DNA of 64,000 nucleotides from Oscillospiraceae bacterium (GCA_009778485.1 WRJQ01000002.1:62-64061); one strand, 5' to 3'; positions 17,124 through 25,868 are shown, numbered from the stretch's first letter. Notes: generated by a model from the letters alone, not told the origin. Program-made: numbers and translations.

Positions 17124-17152
17124 ATGATACCCGCAACGCGCCGGTTTGTCAA
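17124..17152 (-). promoter_or_regulatory. Promoter of the URO-D methyltransferase gene
   Basis: On the minus strand: TTGACA (17152-17147), 17 nt, TATCAT (17129-17124). Confidence 0.6.
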
Positions 17153-17186
17153 CAGCGCGACATAATCAAAAAACCAAAAACTCCCG

Positions 17187-17215
17187 TTGACAGACCGGCG
17201 GAGTTCTGATAGTAT
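17187..17215 (+). promoter_or_regulatory. Promoter of the MATE-MarR operon
   Basis: TTGACA (17187-17192), 17 nt, TAGTAT (17210-17215). Confidence 0.55.
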
Positions 17216-17227
17216 TGATGCCATAGT

Positions 17228-17252
17228 CAACTGTTGTAGAATGCAACAGTTG
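17228..17252. promoter_or_regulatory. Perfect 9-7-9 palindrome, candidate MarR operator
   Basis: CAACTGTTG-tagaatg-CAACAGTTG begins 13 nt downstream of the -10 of the plus-strand promoter. Confidence 0.5.
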
Positions 17253-17342
17253 CTAAGAGCAGCATGGAACCGGCGGGCGTGCTTTTGTCGGGTGAACCAT
17301 TGTACTGCCCGGATTATACAAGCGGATGGAGACGTCGATATT

Positions 17343-18767
17343 GTGAGTGGAGCAAGACTAAGAAATGAAGCGAAAAGAGACTTTATCCTCGAAAGCAACC
17401 TGATCAAAGTAATTTTCATCACCGCGCTGCCGCAAGTGATCTCGATGCTGATAGATTCAGTCTACAACATGGCGGACGCTTTTTTTGTCAGCCAACTGGG
17501 GGACGCAGCGATCTCAGCCGTTGGAATCAACGACTCGCTGCTGATGATCATCAGGTCGGTAGGCATGGGCTTCGGCATGGGCTCGGCCAGCTTCATATCC
17601 AGGGCGCTAGGCGCGAGGAAGGACGAAGAAGCGTCGCGCCTTGCCACTACGACTCTGATTACCGCAGTCGGAATCTCCGCCGCCCTGGTGACAATCGGTT
17701 CGATGTTCATAGGCCCGCTGGTCCGGTTTCTGGGTGCGTCGGGCGCCGTCGAAGAGTATGCCAGGGACTACGCCAGATGGATCTTGCTATCTGCCCCGAT
17801 AACGGTAGCCGACACCTGCCTGTCCCAGACCTTGAGGGCGGAGGGCAATACCACCTTAGCCATGTTCGGCATGGGTTCCGGATGTATTATCAATATAATA
17901 CTGGATCCCATATTCATCAACAAACTTGGGATGGGCGTAGCCGGCGCGGCAATCGCGACCGATATCTCGAAAGTCGTGAGCCTGGTGTTCCTTGCGATGC
18001 CGTACATCCGCCGCAGGTGCATCATCATCCTCAAGCCATCGTACTTCACGCCGAGCAAGAAGATATACAAGGAACTGGCGAGAATGGGCATCCCCGTGAT
18101 GCTGCGTTCGAGCATGATGAGCGTTTCGATGATAATCCTCAACAACGTAGCGGCCTCGTTTGGCGAAGCCGCGCTGGCAGCGTCGTCAGTAGCCCACAGG
18201 AGCCTGCGGCTTGTGGGGTCAGGCATCATGGGCTTCGGCCACGGTTTCCAGCCTATAGCCGGCTACTGCTGGGGAGCCAAGAAGTACAGCAGGGCATTGA
18301 AAGCGTTCTGGTACACGCTGACCATCGGAGGCATACTTGGGTTTGTCCTTGGCGGCCTGCTTCTGATATTCGCGAAACAAGTGATCCTAATCTTCTCCAG
18401 CAACCCGGAGATGCTGTCGCTTGGACTAAAGTTCATCAGGTCTCAAAGCATCACGCTCATACCGCATGTATGGGTCATGATTGCCAGCGGGCTGTTCATG
18501 GCATTCGGCCAGCCGGTCAGAGCCGGCGTGATGGGAATGTCAAGGCAGCTTATATCGCTCGTCCCGTGCATCCTTATCTGCAGCTACTTCTTCGGAGTGA
18601 CGGGGCTCGCTTACTCGCAGGCGATCGCGGACGTCGTATCCGTGACGCTCGCTCTCATTTTGGCGGTGCCGGTCATAAAGCAGCTCAGAAAACTATGCGC
18701 GGAGACCGACGCTGCAGAAGCCGCGCTCGCGGACGGGCAACTAGCGCAAATCCCGCAAGAGAAATGA
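17343..18767 (+). CDS. MATE family efflux transporter
   Basis: About 474 aa from GTG 17343 (GGAG lies 9 nt upstream). 12 TM segments. The N-terminal ...LIKVIFITALPQVISMLIDSVYNMADAFFV pattern is MATE-typical. The track start 17187 coincides with the promoter. Confidence 0.7.
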   Translation: MSGARLRNEAKRDFILESNLIKVIFITALPQVISMLIDSVYNMADAFFVSQLGDAAISAVGINDSLLMIIRSVGMGFGMGSASFISRALGARKDEEASRLATTTLITAVGISAALVTIGSMFIGPLVRFLGASGAVEEYARDYARWILLSAPITVADTCLSQTLRAEGNTTLAMFGMGSGCIINIILDPIFINKLGMGVAGAAIATDISKVVSLVFLAMPYIRRRCIIILKPSYFTPSKKIYKELARMGIPVMLRSSMMSVSMIILNNVAASFGEAALAASSVAHRSLRLVGSGIMGFGHGFQPIAGYCWGAKKYSRALKAFWYTLTIGGILGFVLGGLLLIFAKQVILIFSSNPEMLSLGLKFIRSQSITLIPHVWVMIASGLFMAFGQPVRAGVMGMSRQLISLVPCILICSYFFGVTGLAYSQAIADVVSVTLALILAVPVIKQLRKLCAETDAAEAALADGQLAQIPQEK

Positions 18768-18788
18768 CCGCGCCTTTGGAGGTTAGCC

Positions 18789-19259
18789 ATGGCAAGCACG
18801 AACAGCAATGCTAAGGATCTTGAATATGGCCTGGCGAGAGGCATCTCAGCGATCGAGCGCAGGCACAGGAAGTTCATGACGCGCGCCCTCGAGGAAAAGT
18901 GCGTAACAGGCGTCTCATACTCGTACATAATCACGATTAAGAGGCATCCCGGGCTGAACCAGGACGTGCTCGCGAGCATCCACGGAGTCGACAAAAGCCG
19001 CGCAGCAAGGATAGTCAGGGACTTGGAGGACTCCGGATACTTATCGCGCGAGCTCGCCCCCGACAATCGCAGGCAGTATATGCTTTCCCTAACACAAAGC
19101 GGCGAAAGGCTTTACGAGTTCATCGCGGATAAGAATATGGAGTGGGAGAAGCTAATGAGCGGAGACATCAAAGACAGCAGCATCGCGACGACCGTGGATA
19201 CGATAAACAAAATCATCAAAAACCTGGATAACCCTCACGTTAGATTGGAGAAGATTTGA
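18789..19259 (+). CDS. MarR family transcriptional regulator
   Basis: 156 aa with winged-HTH region NQDVLASIHGVDKSRAARIVRDLEDSGYLSRE...DNRR. Confidence 0.75.
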   Translation: MASTNSNAKDLEYGLARGISAIERRHRKFMTRALEEKCVTGVSYSYIITIKRHPGLNQDVLASIHGVDKSRAARIVRDLEDSGYLSRELAPDNRRQYMLSLTQSGERLYEFIADKNMEWEKLMSGDIKDSSIATTVDTINKIIKNLDNPHVRLEKI

Positions 19260-19260
19260 C

Positions 19261-20235
19261 ATGAAAGTAGCATTGCATCTGAACCGTGATAATTTTGATA
19301 GATACTCCGACTGGGACAACACAGGCTGGGACTTCGCGCACCTCGGCCTGGTTGCGCCGGATCCTGCTACGGTTATCGCGACGAAGGCCGACGTTATCGT
19401 CGCCGCGTCCAGCCTGAGGATCGGGGCGGATATCATCAGGAACATGCCTGAACTGAAGCTGGTCCAGGCGCACGGCGTCGGTTTCAATCTCATCGACGTC
19501 GACGCAGCGCGCGAAGCAGGCGTCTACGTATGCAACTGCGCCGGGGCAAACGCGAGGTCTGTCGCCGAACATGCGGTAATGATGATGCTCGCGCTGCTAA
19601 AACGCTACAGATATAATGAAGACATGGTATACGCAGGTAAGCAAATGGATGCGAAGATCTATTGCTTTGAGAACGGGCTGCCGGATATTTACGGCCGAAA
19701 GGTCGGCATCGTGGGTTACGGCGCGATCGGCAAAGAGCTGGCGTCGATCCTCAAGGCGTTCGGATGCAAGCTATGCTATTACGATACGATCGTGCAGGAC
19801 TCGGGCGACGCGGATGTGGCGTTCATGCCCCTCGAGGAGCTTTACACTACTTGCGACATTGTAACGCTTCACGTGCCTGTCACGCCGGAAACGACGTCGA
19901 TGGTAAACGCCGAGACTCTCAAGCTGTTCAAACGCGGCGCTATACTGATTAACTCTGCGCGCGGCGAACTTATGGATCAGCAAGCAGTAGCGGCGGCGCT
20001 TATTTCGGGGCAGCTTGGCGCGCTGGGGGCGGATACGCTGTCGCCTGAGCCGTATACCGCGGAAAACCCGCTCATAGGAAGCCTGCCGGAGGAGGTTCGC
20101 TACCGCGTCGCGCTGTCGCCGCACATCGCCGGCGTGACAGAGAGCTTCTTTTCGCGCGCCTACGAACGCGGCAGGGGGAACATCGAAGCCATAATGAAGA
20201 ATGAGCGGCCGGCGTGCATCGTCAACGGGCTGTAG
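19261..20235 (+). CDS. D-isomer-specific 2-hydroxyacid dehydrogenase (NAD-binding)
   Basis: GIVGYGAIGKEL Rossmann motif, NSARGELMD and SPHIAG catalytic motifs. The start abuts the MarR stop. Confidence 0.8.
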   Translation: MKVALHLNRDNFDRYSDWDNTGWDFAHLGLVAPDPATVIATKADVIVAASSLRIGADIIRNMPELKLVQAHGVGFNLIDVDAAREAGVYVCNCAGANARSVAEHAVMMMLALLKRYRYNEDMVYAGKQMDAKIYCFENGLPDIYGRKVGIVGYGAIGKELASILKAFGCKLCYYDTIVQDSGDADVAFMPLEELYTTCDIVTLHVPVTPETTSMVNAETLKLFKRGAILINSARGELMDQQAVAAALISGQLGALGADTLSPEPYTAENPLIGSLPEEVRYRVALSPHIAGVTESFFSRAYERGRGNIEAIMKNERPACIVNGL

Positions 20236-20262
20236 CGAAGGCGGCGGGAAAGGTAGCATAAA

Positions 20263-20919
20263 GTGGCGGGAAAAATCAAAGCGGTCATATTTGACCTGGA
20301 TGGAACTCTGCTCTACACCATAGAAAGCATTGCCTCCGGCATGAACAGCGTACTGGAGAAGCACGGCCTGCCGACGCATACGGCGGAGCAGTACAAAATG
20401 TTTGTCGGAGACGGCGCGGCCAATCTGACGCGCAGGTCGTTGAGCGGCGCCGCGCTGACTGACGAAGAAATATCGCAAATCGAGAAAGACTTCCGCTCCG
20501 AGTACGTTTCAAACCAGCCCGGTTCCACAAGGCCGTTCGACGGCGTACCCGAGCTGCTGGCCGGGCTTGCCGCAAAAGGCGTTAAAACGGCGGTGCTTTC
20601 GAACACCTCGCACGGGTCGACATTGCGGACTGTTGAGTTTTTCTTCCGCGACACTCCGTTCGATGCGGTCATTGGCCTGCGCCCGGGGCACAACGTAAAG
20701 CCCGACCCCGGCAGCGCTCTGGAGATACTCGAAATCCTCGGCGTGGAGAAAGGCGATGTCCTGTACGTAGGCGATACGGGGACAGACATGAAGACGGCCA
20801 AGGCCGCCGGTTTGAAGGCTGTCGGAGCACTGTGGGGCTACCGCAGCAAGAAGGAGCTGGAAGATAACGGCGCGGACGTCTACGCGGAGCATCCCCGGGA
20901 TGTGCTTATGTTTATTTAA
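20263..20919 (+). CDS. HAD-superfamily hydrolase (phosphoglycolate phosphatase-like)
   Basis: VIFDLDGTL motif I, LSN motif II and VGDTGTD motif IV. GTG start lies 9 nt after GGAAAGG. Confidence 0.75.
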   Translation: MAGKIKAVIFDLDGTLLYTIESIASGMNSVLEKHGLPTHTAEQYKMFVGDGAANLTRRSLSGAALTDEEISQIEKDFRSEYVSNQPGSTRPFDGVPELLAGLAAKGVKTAVLSNTSHGSTLRTVEFFFRDTPFDAVIGLRPGHNVKPDPGSALEILEILGVEKGDVLYVGDTGTDMKTAKAAGLKAVGALWGYRSKKELEDNGADVYAEHPRDVLMFI

Positions 20920-20921
20920 AG

Positions 20922-20952
20922 TAACTGTTCAGGTAGTGGGTACCTGAACAGA
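20922..20952. repeat. Hairpin CTGTTCAGGTA-gtggg-TACCTGAACAG; left copy of the cassette-boundary repeat
   Basis: 11-bp stem with a 5-nt loop directly after the HAD stop. 14-nt and 22-nt blocks are repeated exactly at 27324-27337 and 27417-27438. Confidence 0.85.
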
Positions 20953-21001
20953 AACCATTTGAAAAGGGCAGCTCGTTTGCACAGATGCGCGGCAGAAACA
21001 T

Positions 21002-21031
21002 TTGTCGCGCGTTGCTTTGTTGTGGTATAAT
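21002..21031 (+). promoter_or_regulatory. Extended -10 promoter giving a probable leaderless transcript
   Basis: TTGTCG (21002-21007), 18 nt, TGgTATAAT (TATAAT 21026-21031). ATG 21038 is 7 nt downstream with no SD between. Confidence 0.55.
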
Positions 21032-21037
21032 GCGCAC

Positions 21038-21967
21038 ATGGTCAGATACATAATCTTCCGCCTGCTGAGAGTCATAGCCATTGTCCTTGTGGTGATATTC
21101 ATCCTGTTCGTACTTCTGTACACTCTCCCCGGCTCACGAGTCGGGACAATCCCGATAAGCGGGTACGGGGATGCGCTGGACGACATATTTGAAAGCCTCA
21201 ACGTAAAAGACGGATTATTGACGAAGTACATACGTTACTGCTACAATGTCTTCGTCCACTTCAGCTTCAAAAGCTCGCCGGACACGCGATACCGCACAGT
21301 GAGCCTAATCAGGGCGCGGACATTGACGACAGTCTACATCCTCGTATGCGGCCTTGCATTGACGCTGATCCTGGGCGTCCCGATCGGGGTATATACGGCA
21401 ATCAGGAAGAACAGACCGGCGGATCGCCTGATTAACTCAATATTGATGCTGGCGTCGTCGATCCCTTCTTACTCTATCGCTTTGCTTATACTGCTCGTAT
21501 TCTGCGCCTATCTCAAAATCCTCCCTGTGATCGTCGCGCCGCGCACGCCGGTCTCATACATCATGCCTACGCTGACTGTTGCGATAAGCGGGATGTCCTC
21601 TGTCGCCCGCATGACGCGGGCCTACATGCTTGAAGTCCTGGAGCAGCCATACATAACCGCGCTGCGCGCGAAAGGGATCAAAGAAAGCAGCGTAATATAT
21701 CGGCACGCGCTCAAAAACGCGCTGATACCGATAATATCATTTCTAAGAGGCTTTAGCGCCCAGCTCCTATGCGGCACGCTTGTCGTAGAGCAGTTTTTCA
21801 CGCTGCCGGGGATAGGCATGCACCTGCTTGGAGCAGTCAGCACGAGGAATCACGACGACCTGCTGGGCGGCGCTGTGGTTATGACGATCATCCTCGCGCT
21901 TATGAATATAGTATCAGATGTCGCGTATGCGGTGTTCAACCCGCAAATAAGGCTCAAGGCGGAATAA
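21038..21967 (+). CDS. ABC transporter permease, Opp/Dpp B-type
   Basis: N-terminus MVRYIIFRLLRVIAIV is typical of the DppB/OppB family, with an EAA-like loop region. About 309 aa. Confidence 0.75.
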   Translation: MVRYIIFRLLRVIAIVLVVIFILFVLLYTLPGSRVGTIPISGYGDALDDIFESLNVKDGLLTKYIRYCYNVFVHFSFKSSPDTRYRTVSLIRARTLTTVYILVCGLALTLILGVPIGVYTAIRKNRPADRLINSILMLASSIPSYSIALLILLVFCAYLKILPVIVAPRTPVSYIMPTLTVAISGMSSVARMTRAYMLEVLEQPYITALRAKGIKESSVIYRHALKNALIPIISFLRGFSAQLLCGTLVVEQFFTLPGIGMHLLGAVSTRNHDDLLGGAVVMTIILALMNIVSDVAYAVFNPQIRLKAE

Positions 21968-21982
21968 GGCGGTGCATAGATA

Positions 21983-22900
21983 ATGGGGGGAGTTTTGTCC
22001 AAGGCTCCCGGGCCAACCGGAGAAGAAACGCGGCGTCTCAGTTCCGTAGGCGAACCGCCATACGCAAGCAGCGCTTTCTTCATCGCGGCGCGCCGGCTAT
22101 GCAAAAACAAAACCGCTGTTATCGGGCTCGTCGTATTCCTGCTGATTTGCCTTGCCTGCTTGCTTGCTCCGTACCTTACAAAATGGAACTACTATACCCT
22201 CAACAGCAAGACAATGAGGCTGCGGCCATCGCTCGAGCACCTCTTCGGAACGGACTCCATGGGCCGGGATGTGCTGACGCGTATGCTTTACGGCGGCAGG
22301 ATCACGCTCAGGATCGCGGTCTTGGCGGCATCAATGGCAGCGGTTGCGGGCAGCGTACTGGGGGTCATATCGGGATACGCCGGCAAACGAGCGGATAAAC
22401 TGGTGACGGCGGTACTCGACGTGCTCGACTCGATACCGATCGTCGTGCTTGCCCTCGTGTCAGAAGCCGTACTCGGATGGGGCCGGGGCAACTTCATGTA
22501 CGCGATTGCCATAGCCGCGACGCCTAAGTTCGCGCAGCTCGTCCGCGGCTCCGTGCTCAACATCACCGGCAGCGCGTATATCGAAGCCTCGCGCGCGCTG
22601 GGGATCAGCCATTTCGGGATAATCTTCAGGCACATCCTGCGCAACGTCGCTCCCCCGCTCATAGTGAGGTATACGATAAGCGTCACAGAGACGATGCTCA
22701 CATGCACGATAATGGGGTACCTGTCCGTTGGAATAACCCCGCCTACGCCCGAATGGGGGGCAATTGTGCATGAAGTGAGGGGATATGTTCTGACGAATCC
22801 GATTATGACAATTCTGCCATGCCTGGTCGTTTCAATCACCCTTATTTCATTCAGCCTGTTCGGCGACGGCGTCAGAGACGCGCTGGACCCGCACGAATAA
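21983..22900 (+). CDS. ABC transporter permease, Opp/Dpp C-type
   Basis: RRLCKNKTAVIGLVVF, HLFGTDSMGRDVLTRMLYG, and C-terminal FGDGVRDALDP. Confidence 0.75.
   Translation: MGGVLSKAPGPTGEETRRLSSVGEPPYASSAFFIAARRLCKNKTAVIGLVVFLLICLACLLAPYLTKWNYYTLNSKTMRLRPSLEHLFGTDSMGRDVLTRMLYGGRITLRIAVLAASMAAVAGSVLGVISGYAGKRADKLVTAVLDVLDSIPIVVLALVSEAVLGWGRGNFMYAIAIAATPKFAQLVRGSVLNITGSAYIEASRALGISHFGIIFRHILRNVAPPLIVRYTISVTETMLTCTIMGYLSVGITPPTPEWGAIVHEVRGYVLTNPIMTILPCLVVSITLISFSLFGDGVRDALDPHE
21988..22012. repeat. 25-nt element GGGAGTTTTGTCCAAGGCTCCCGGG, copy 1
   Basis: 24/25 identical to 41517-41541. It can form a GGGAG/CTCCC-based hairpin. Confidence 0.85.
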
Positions 22901-22924
22901 GTATACTTAATCAAGGAGGAAACA

Positions 22925-24301
22925 ATGTCACAAACAGTAGAAGCGATACGCCGGGAACGAACTGAGAACACCCAAAACATCTACGACGACAAGATCCCCG
23001 CAAGAGTCCCCATATCCGTCTCCCTCGCGCCCGCAGTCATCGCGGGGTATGCCGGGATAGACATCAGGGCCGCGTACTGGAAACCTTCCCTGCTGAAGGA
23101 ACCCGCGATAAAACTCGCGGAAATGATCGGCTCGGACGCCGCGATCTACGGCGGCAGCATATACACGCCGGTCTCATCCCAGACGCTGCGCTCGATAAAC
23201 AAAGTCATGTCCAGCACAGGGTATATGCAACACCCGAACACAGTATGCATGGAACCCGACGAGTATGACGAACTGATTGCCGACCCCTATGCTTTCATCA
23301 TCGAAAAGTGCATCCCCAGGCTGTATAAAAGCCTTGACCCGCAAAGCAACCCGTGGAAGAACATACTCCCGCTCCTGCAGGAAAGCCAGCTTCGGGCCGC
23401 AGTCGCGAGAGAGGACATGGAACTCAGGCAGGAACTCAACGAACGCTTCGGCTACCCTGCGCCCCCCAGAATGAACGGAGGCATGGGCCGCGTGGCGATG
23501 GACTGGCTTGCAGACCAGTTGCGCAGCTTTTCGGGAATCTGCATCGACGTGCGGCGCAACCGCGCGAAACTGATCGAAGCGCTTGAAGCGATCTACCCGA
23601 TGATCTATAAAATTGGCGTCGCGAAAGACCTGAACAACATCGACCGCTACTCAAGCACAGGCTTCCAGCTCCACATGGCTACATACCTCCGTGAGAAAGA
23701 CTTCGCCGAAGTGTGGCTGCCGACCTGGAAGCGCCAGGTGGAAGACTATGCCTCGCTGGGCATGAGGATTTCAGCCTTCCTCGAGGAAGACTGGGACAGG
23801 CTGCTCGACTATGTATATGAACTCCCTGCAGGCTCAGTCTTCTCATTTGAAAAAACGGATGCGAAGCTGCTAAAGGAAAAGCTTGGGAAGAAGTTCATCC
23901 TGTCGGGAGGGTTCCCTCTCCAGCACCTGACGCAATGCACGAAAGACGAGATCATCGGCAAGACCAAAGACTGGCTCGATATCATGGCGCCGGGAGGCCG
24001 GTACATATTCGGGTTTGATAAAGGCGCGATTACGCATCACGACGTCAACGTCGAAAACCTCATTGCCGTGTGCGATACAGTCCGCGAATACGGAACCTAC
24101 GATAACCCCGGCGCAGCGACAGGCGAAGCGTTCGATAAAAGTATCTTCAAGCATTCCGAACTGCCGCAGTTCAAGAGCAAGTACTACAAGACGTGGGAGC
24201 AGTATCTGGCGGAGTTCCCGTACACGCCGGATGAAGCGCGCTCGATGGTGATGCAAAGCGAAGACGCGATGCTCGCCACGATGTTCTCGATGACATGCTA
24301 A
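22925..24301 (+). CDS. Divergent URO-D-fold protein, putative substrate:corrinoid methyltransferase (MT-I)
   Basis: 458 aa. C-terminal FILSGGFPLQHL...DIMAPGGRYIFGFDKG...ENLIAV resembles URO-D/MtaA-family C-termini. No HxCG/C zinc motif was seen. It lies directly upstream of the MT-II and corrinoid-protein genes. Confidence 0.5.
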   Translation: MSQTVEAIRRERTENTQNIYDDKIPARVPISVSLAPAVIAGYAGIDIRAAYWKPSLLKEPAIKLAEMIGSDAAIYGGSIYTPVSSQTLRSINKVMSSTGYMQHPNTVCMEPDEYDELIADPYAFIIEKCIPRLYKSLDPQSNPWKNILPLLQESQLRAAVAREDMELRQELNERFGYPAPPRMNGGMGRVAMDWLADQLRSFSGICIDVRRNRAKLIEALEAIYPMIYKIGVAKDLNNIDRYSSTGFQLHMATYLREKDFAEVWLPTWKRQVEDYASLGMRISAFLEEDWDRLLDYVYELPAGSVFSFEKTDAKLLKEKLGKKFILSGGFPLQHLTQCTKDEIIGKTKDWLDIMAPGGRYIFGFDKGAITHHDVNVENLIAVCDTVREYGTYDNPGAATGEAFDKSIFKHSELPQFKSKYYKTWEQYLAEFPYTPDEARSMVMQSEDAMLATMFSMTC

Positions 24302-25137
24302 GGTGGGCTGCACCCACAACCCAAAGGAAGAAGGTATTCATTATAATTATTATAGGCGAGAAAATAAACGGAGCCATACCATCAGTCGCCGCAGCAATAG
24401 CCGCGCGCGATGAGGGCCTCATCAGAGGCCTGGCCCTGCGCCAGACGGAAGCGGGGGCGCATTATCTTGACGTCTGCGCAGGCACGGCGCCCGAACTCGA
24501 GCGCGAAGCCCTGGAGTGGCTGATTGGTGTAGTCCAGGGCGCTGTGGAGACTCCAATCTGCATAGACAGCCCCGACCCGGAGGTCTTGCGCGACGTGTAC
24601 CATCTCATAGAGCGGCCGGGAATTATCAACTCGGTATCCGGGGAGGGTAGGAAATGCGAGATAATCTACCCGCTGATCGCCGGAACCGGCTGGAAAGTAA
24701 TAGCCCTCACCTGCGATGACGACGGCATCCCCGCAGATACAGGGCGCAAAATCGAAATAGGCCTGAAGCTCATCGACCTCGCGGGTGAATATGGGATAAC
24801 GCCGGACAGGATATTCATCGACACTCTTGTAATGTCGCTGTCCGTAGTGAATGACGCGCTGCCGAACTTTCTGGAAGCGCTTACCCGGATACGGGAAAAA
24901 AGCCCGGAAGTGCGATTTACCTCAGGGCTGTCGAACATATCTTTCGGGACGCCAAAGCGCAAACTGATCAATCAGTATTTTCTCGCGTTCGCGCTTCAGG
25001 CAGGCATGGACAGCGCGATAATGGATCCGACAGACGAGGTTCTGTACGCCGGCATACTGGCAGTAGAAGCGATTCTCGGCAGGGACAGATTCTGCAGGAC
25101 ATACAACAAAGCCTACAGAAGCGGCAAGCTTGGATGA
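24295..25137 (+). CDS. Pterin-binding methyltransferase (methyl-corrinoid:tetrahydrofolate type, MT-II)
   Basis: IIIGEKINGAIPSV, HYLDVCAGT, ICIDSPD, GLSNISFG and MDSAIMDP motifs. The start is uncertain (ATG 24295 versus ATT/ATA near 24340). Confidence 0.75.
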   Translation: MLRWAAPTTQRKKVFIIIIIGEKINGAIPSVAAAIAARDEGLIRGLALRQTEAGAHYLDVCAGTAPELEREALEWLIGVVQGAVETPICIDSPDPEVLRDVYHLIERPGIINSVSGEGRKCEIIYPLIAGTGWKVIALTCDDDGIPADTGRKIEIGLKLIDLAGEYGITPDRIFIDTLVMSLSVVNDALPNFLEALTRIREKSPEVRFTSGLSNISFGTPKRKLINQYFLAFALQAGMDSAIMDPTDEVLYAGILAVEAILGRDRFCRTYNKAYRSGKLG

Positions 25138-25222
25138 GAAGGCTCAATCCGGCACAAGCAGTCATAAGACGATACAAGGCAGTCAACAGAACGTATAAAA
25201 CAATCAAAGGGGATTAAGAAGC

Positions 25223-25864
25223 ATGATAGACTTAGCAGTACTGAGAACAGCGGTAGGGGAACTGGAAGAAGACACCGTCCTGGCACTGATAGATGAAGTG
25301 ATGGCGGCCGGCGGGGACGAGGCGCAGGGCGCAATGGAAGCCTGCCGCGAAGGCCTCGGAACAGTCGGAGACCTCTTCGAAGCCGGGGAATACTTCGTAT
25401 CCGACCTGATCTACGCAGGCGAAATCATGAACCAGGCAATCGGCAAACTTAAACCGGCGCTGCTCAAAAGCGCAGGGGAAGGCCTGGGCAAGATGATCCT
25501 ATGCACGGTAGAAGGCGACCTGCACGACATCGGAAAGAACATAGTCAGGGCGATGCTCGAAGCGGCGGGCTTCGAAGTGCTCGACCTGGGAATCGACGTC
25601 AGCCCGGCAGCCATCGTCGAAGCGGCGAAAAAGGAAGAGGTCTCCATCATAGGCCTCTCCGGAGTGCTCACCCTGGCCGTGACCTCGATGAAAGCGACGG
25701 TGGACGCGTTCAAAGAAGCAGGCATGCGCGACAACGTGCATATAATAATCGGCGGGAACCCTGTCAACGAAGTCGTATGCGGCTCCGTCGGAGCAGACGC
25801 ATGGGCGGTGAACCCTCAACTAACTGTCAGCACATGCCGCGCCTGGGCTGAAGAAAGCAGATGA
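25223..25864 (+). CDS. Corrinoid (cobalamin-binding) protein
   Basis: 213 aa with a helical cap plus a B12 Rossmann domain carrying DLHDIGKNIV (DxHxxG), GLSGVLT (SxL) and IIIGG. Confidence 0.8.
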   Translation: MIDLAVLRTAVGELEEDTVLALIDEVMAAGGDEAQGAMEACREGLGTVGDLFEAGEYFVSDLIYAGEIMNQAIGKLKPALLKSAGEGLGKMILCTVEGDLHDIGKNIVRAMLEAAGFEVLDLGIDVSPAAIVEAAKKEEVSIIGLSGVLTLAVTSMKATVDAFKEAGMRDNVHIIIGGNPVNEVVCGSVGADAWAVNPQLTVSTCRAWAEESR

Positions 25865-25868
25865 TATT

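Noticed and set aside
20953-21037. Cobalamin or THF riboswitch ahead of the corrinoid methyltransferase cassette or the ABC operon (27941-28131).
   Set aside because: The first region is too short and ends in a leaderless-type promoter. The second lacks a B12-box-like GCCACTG core or other motifs I can recognise.
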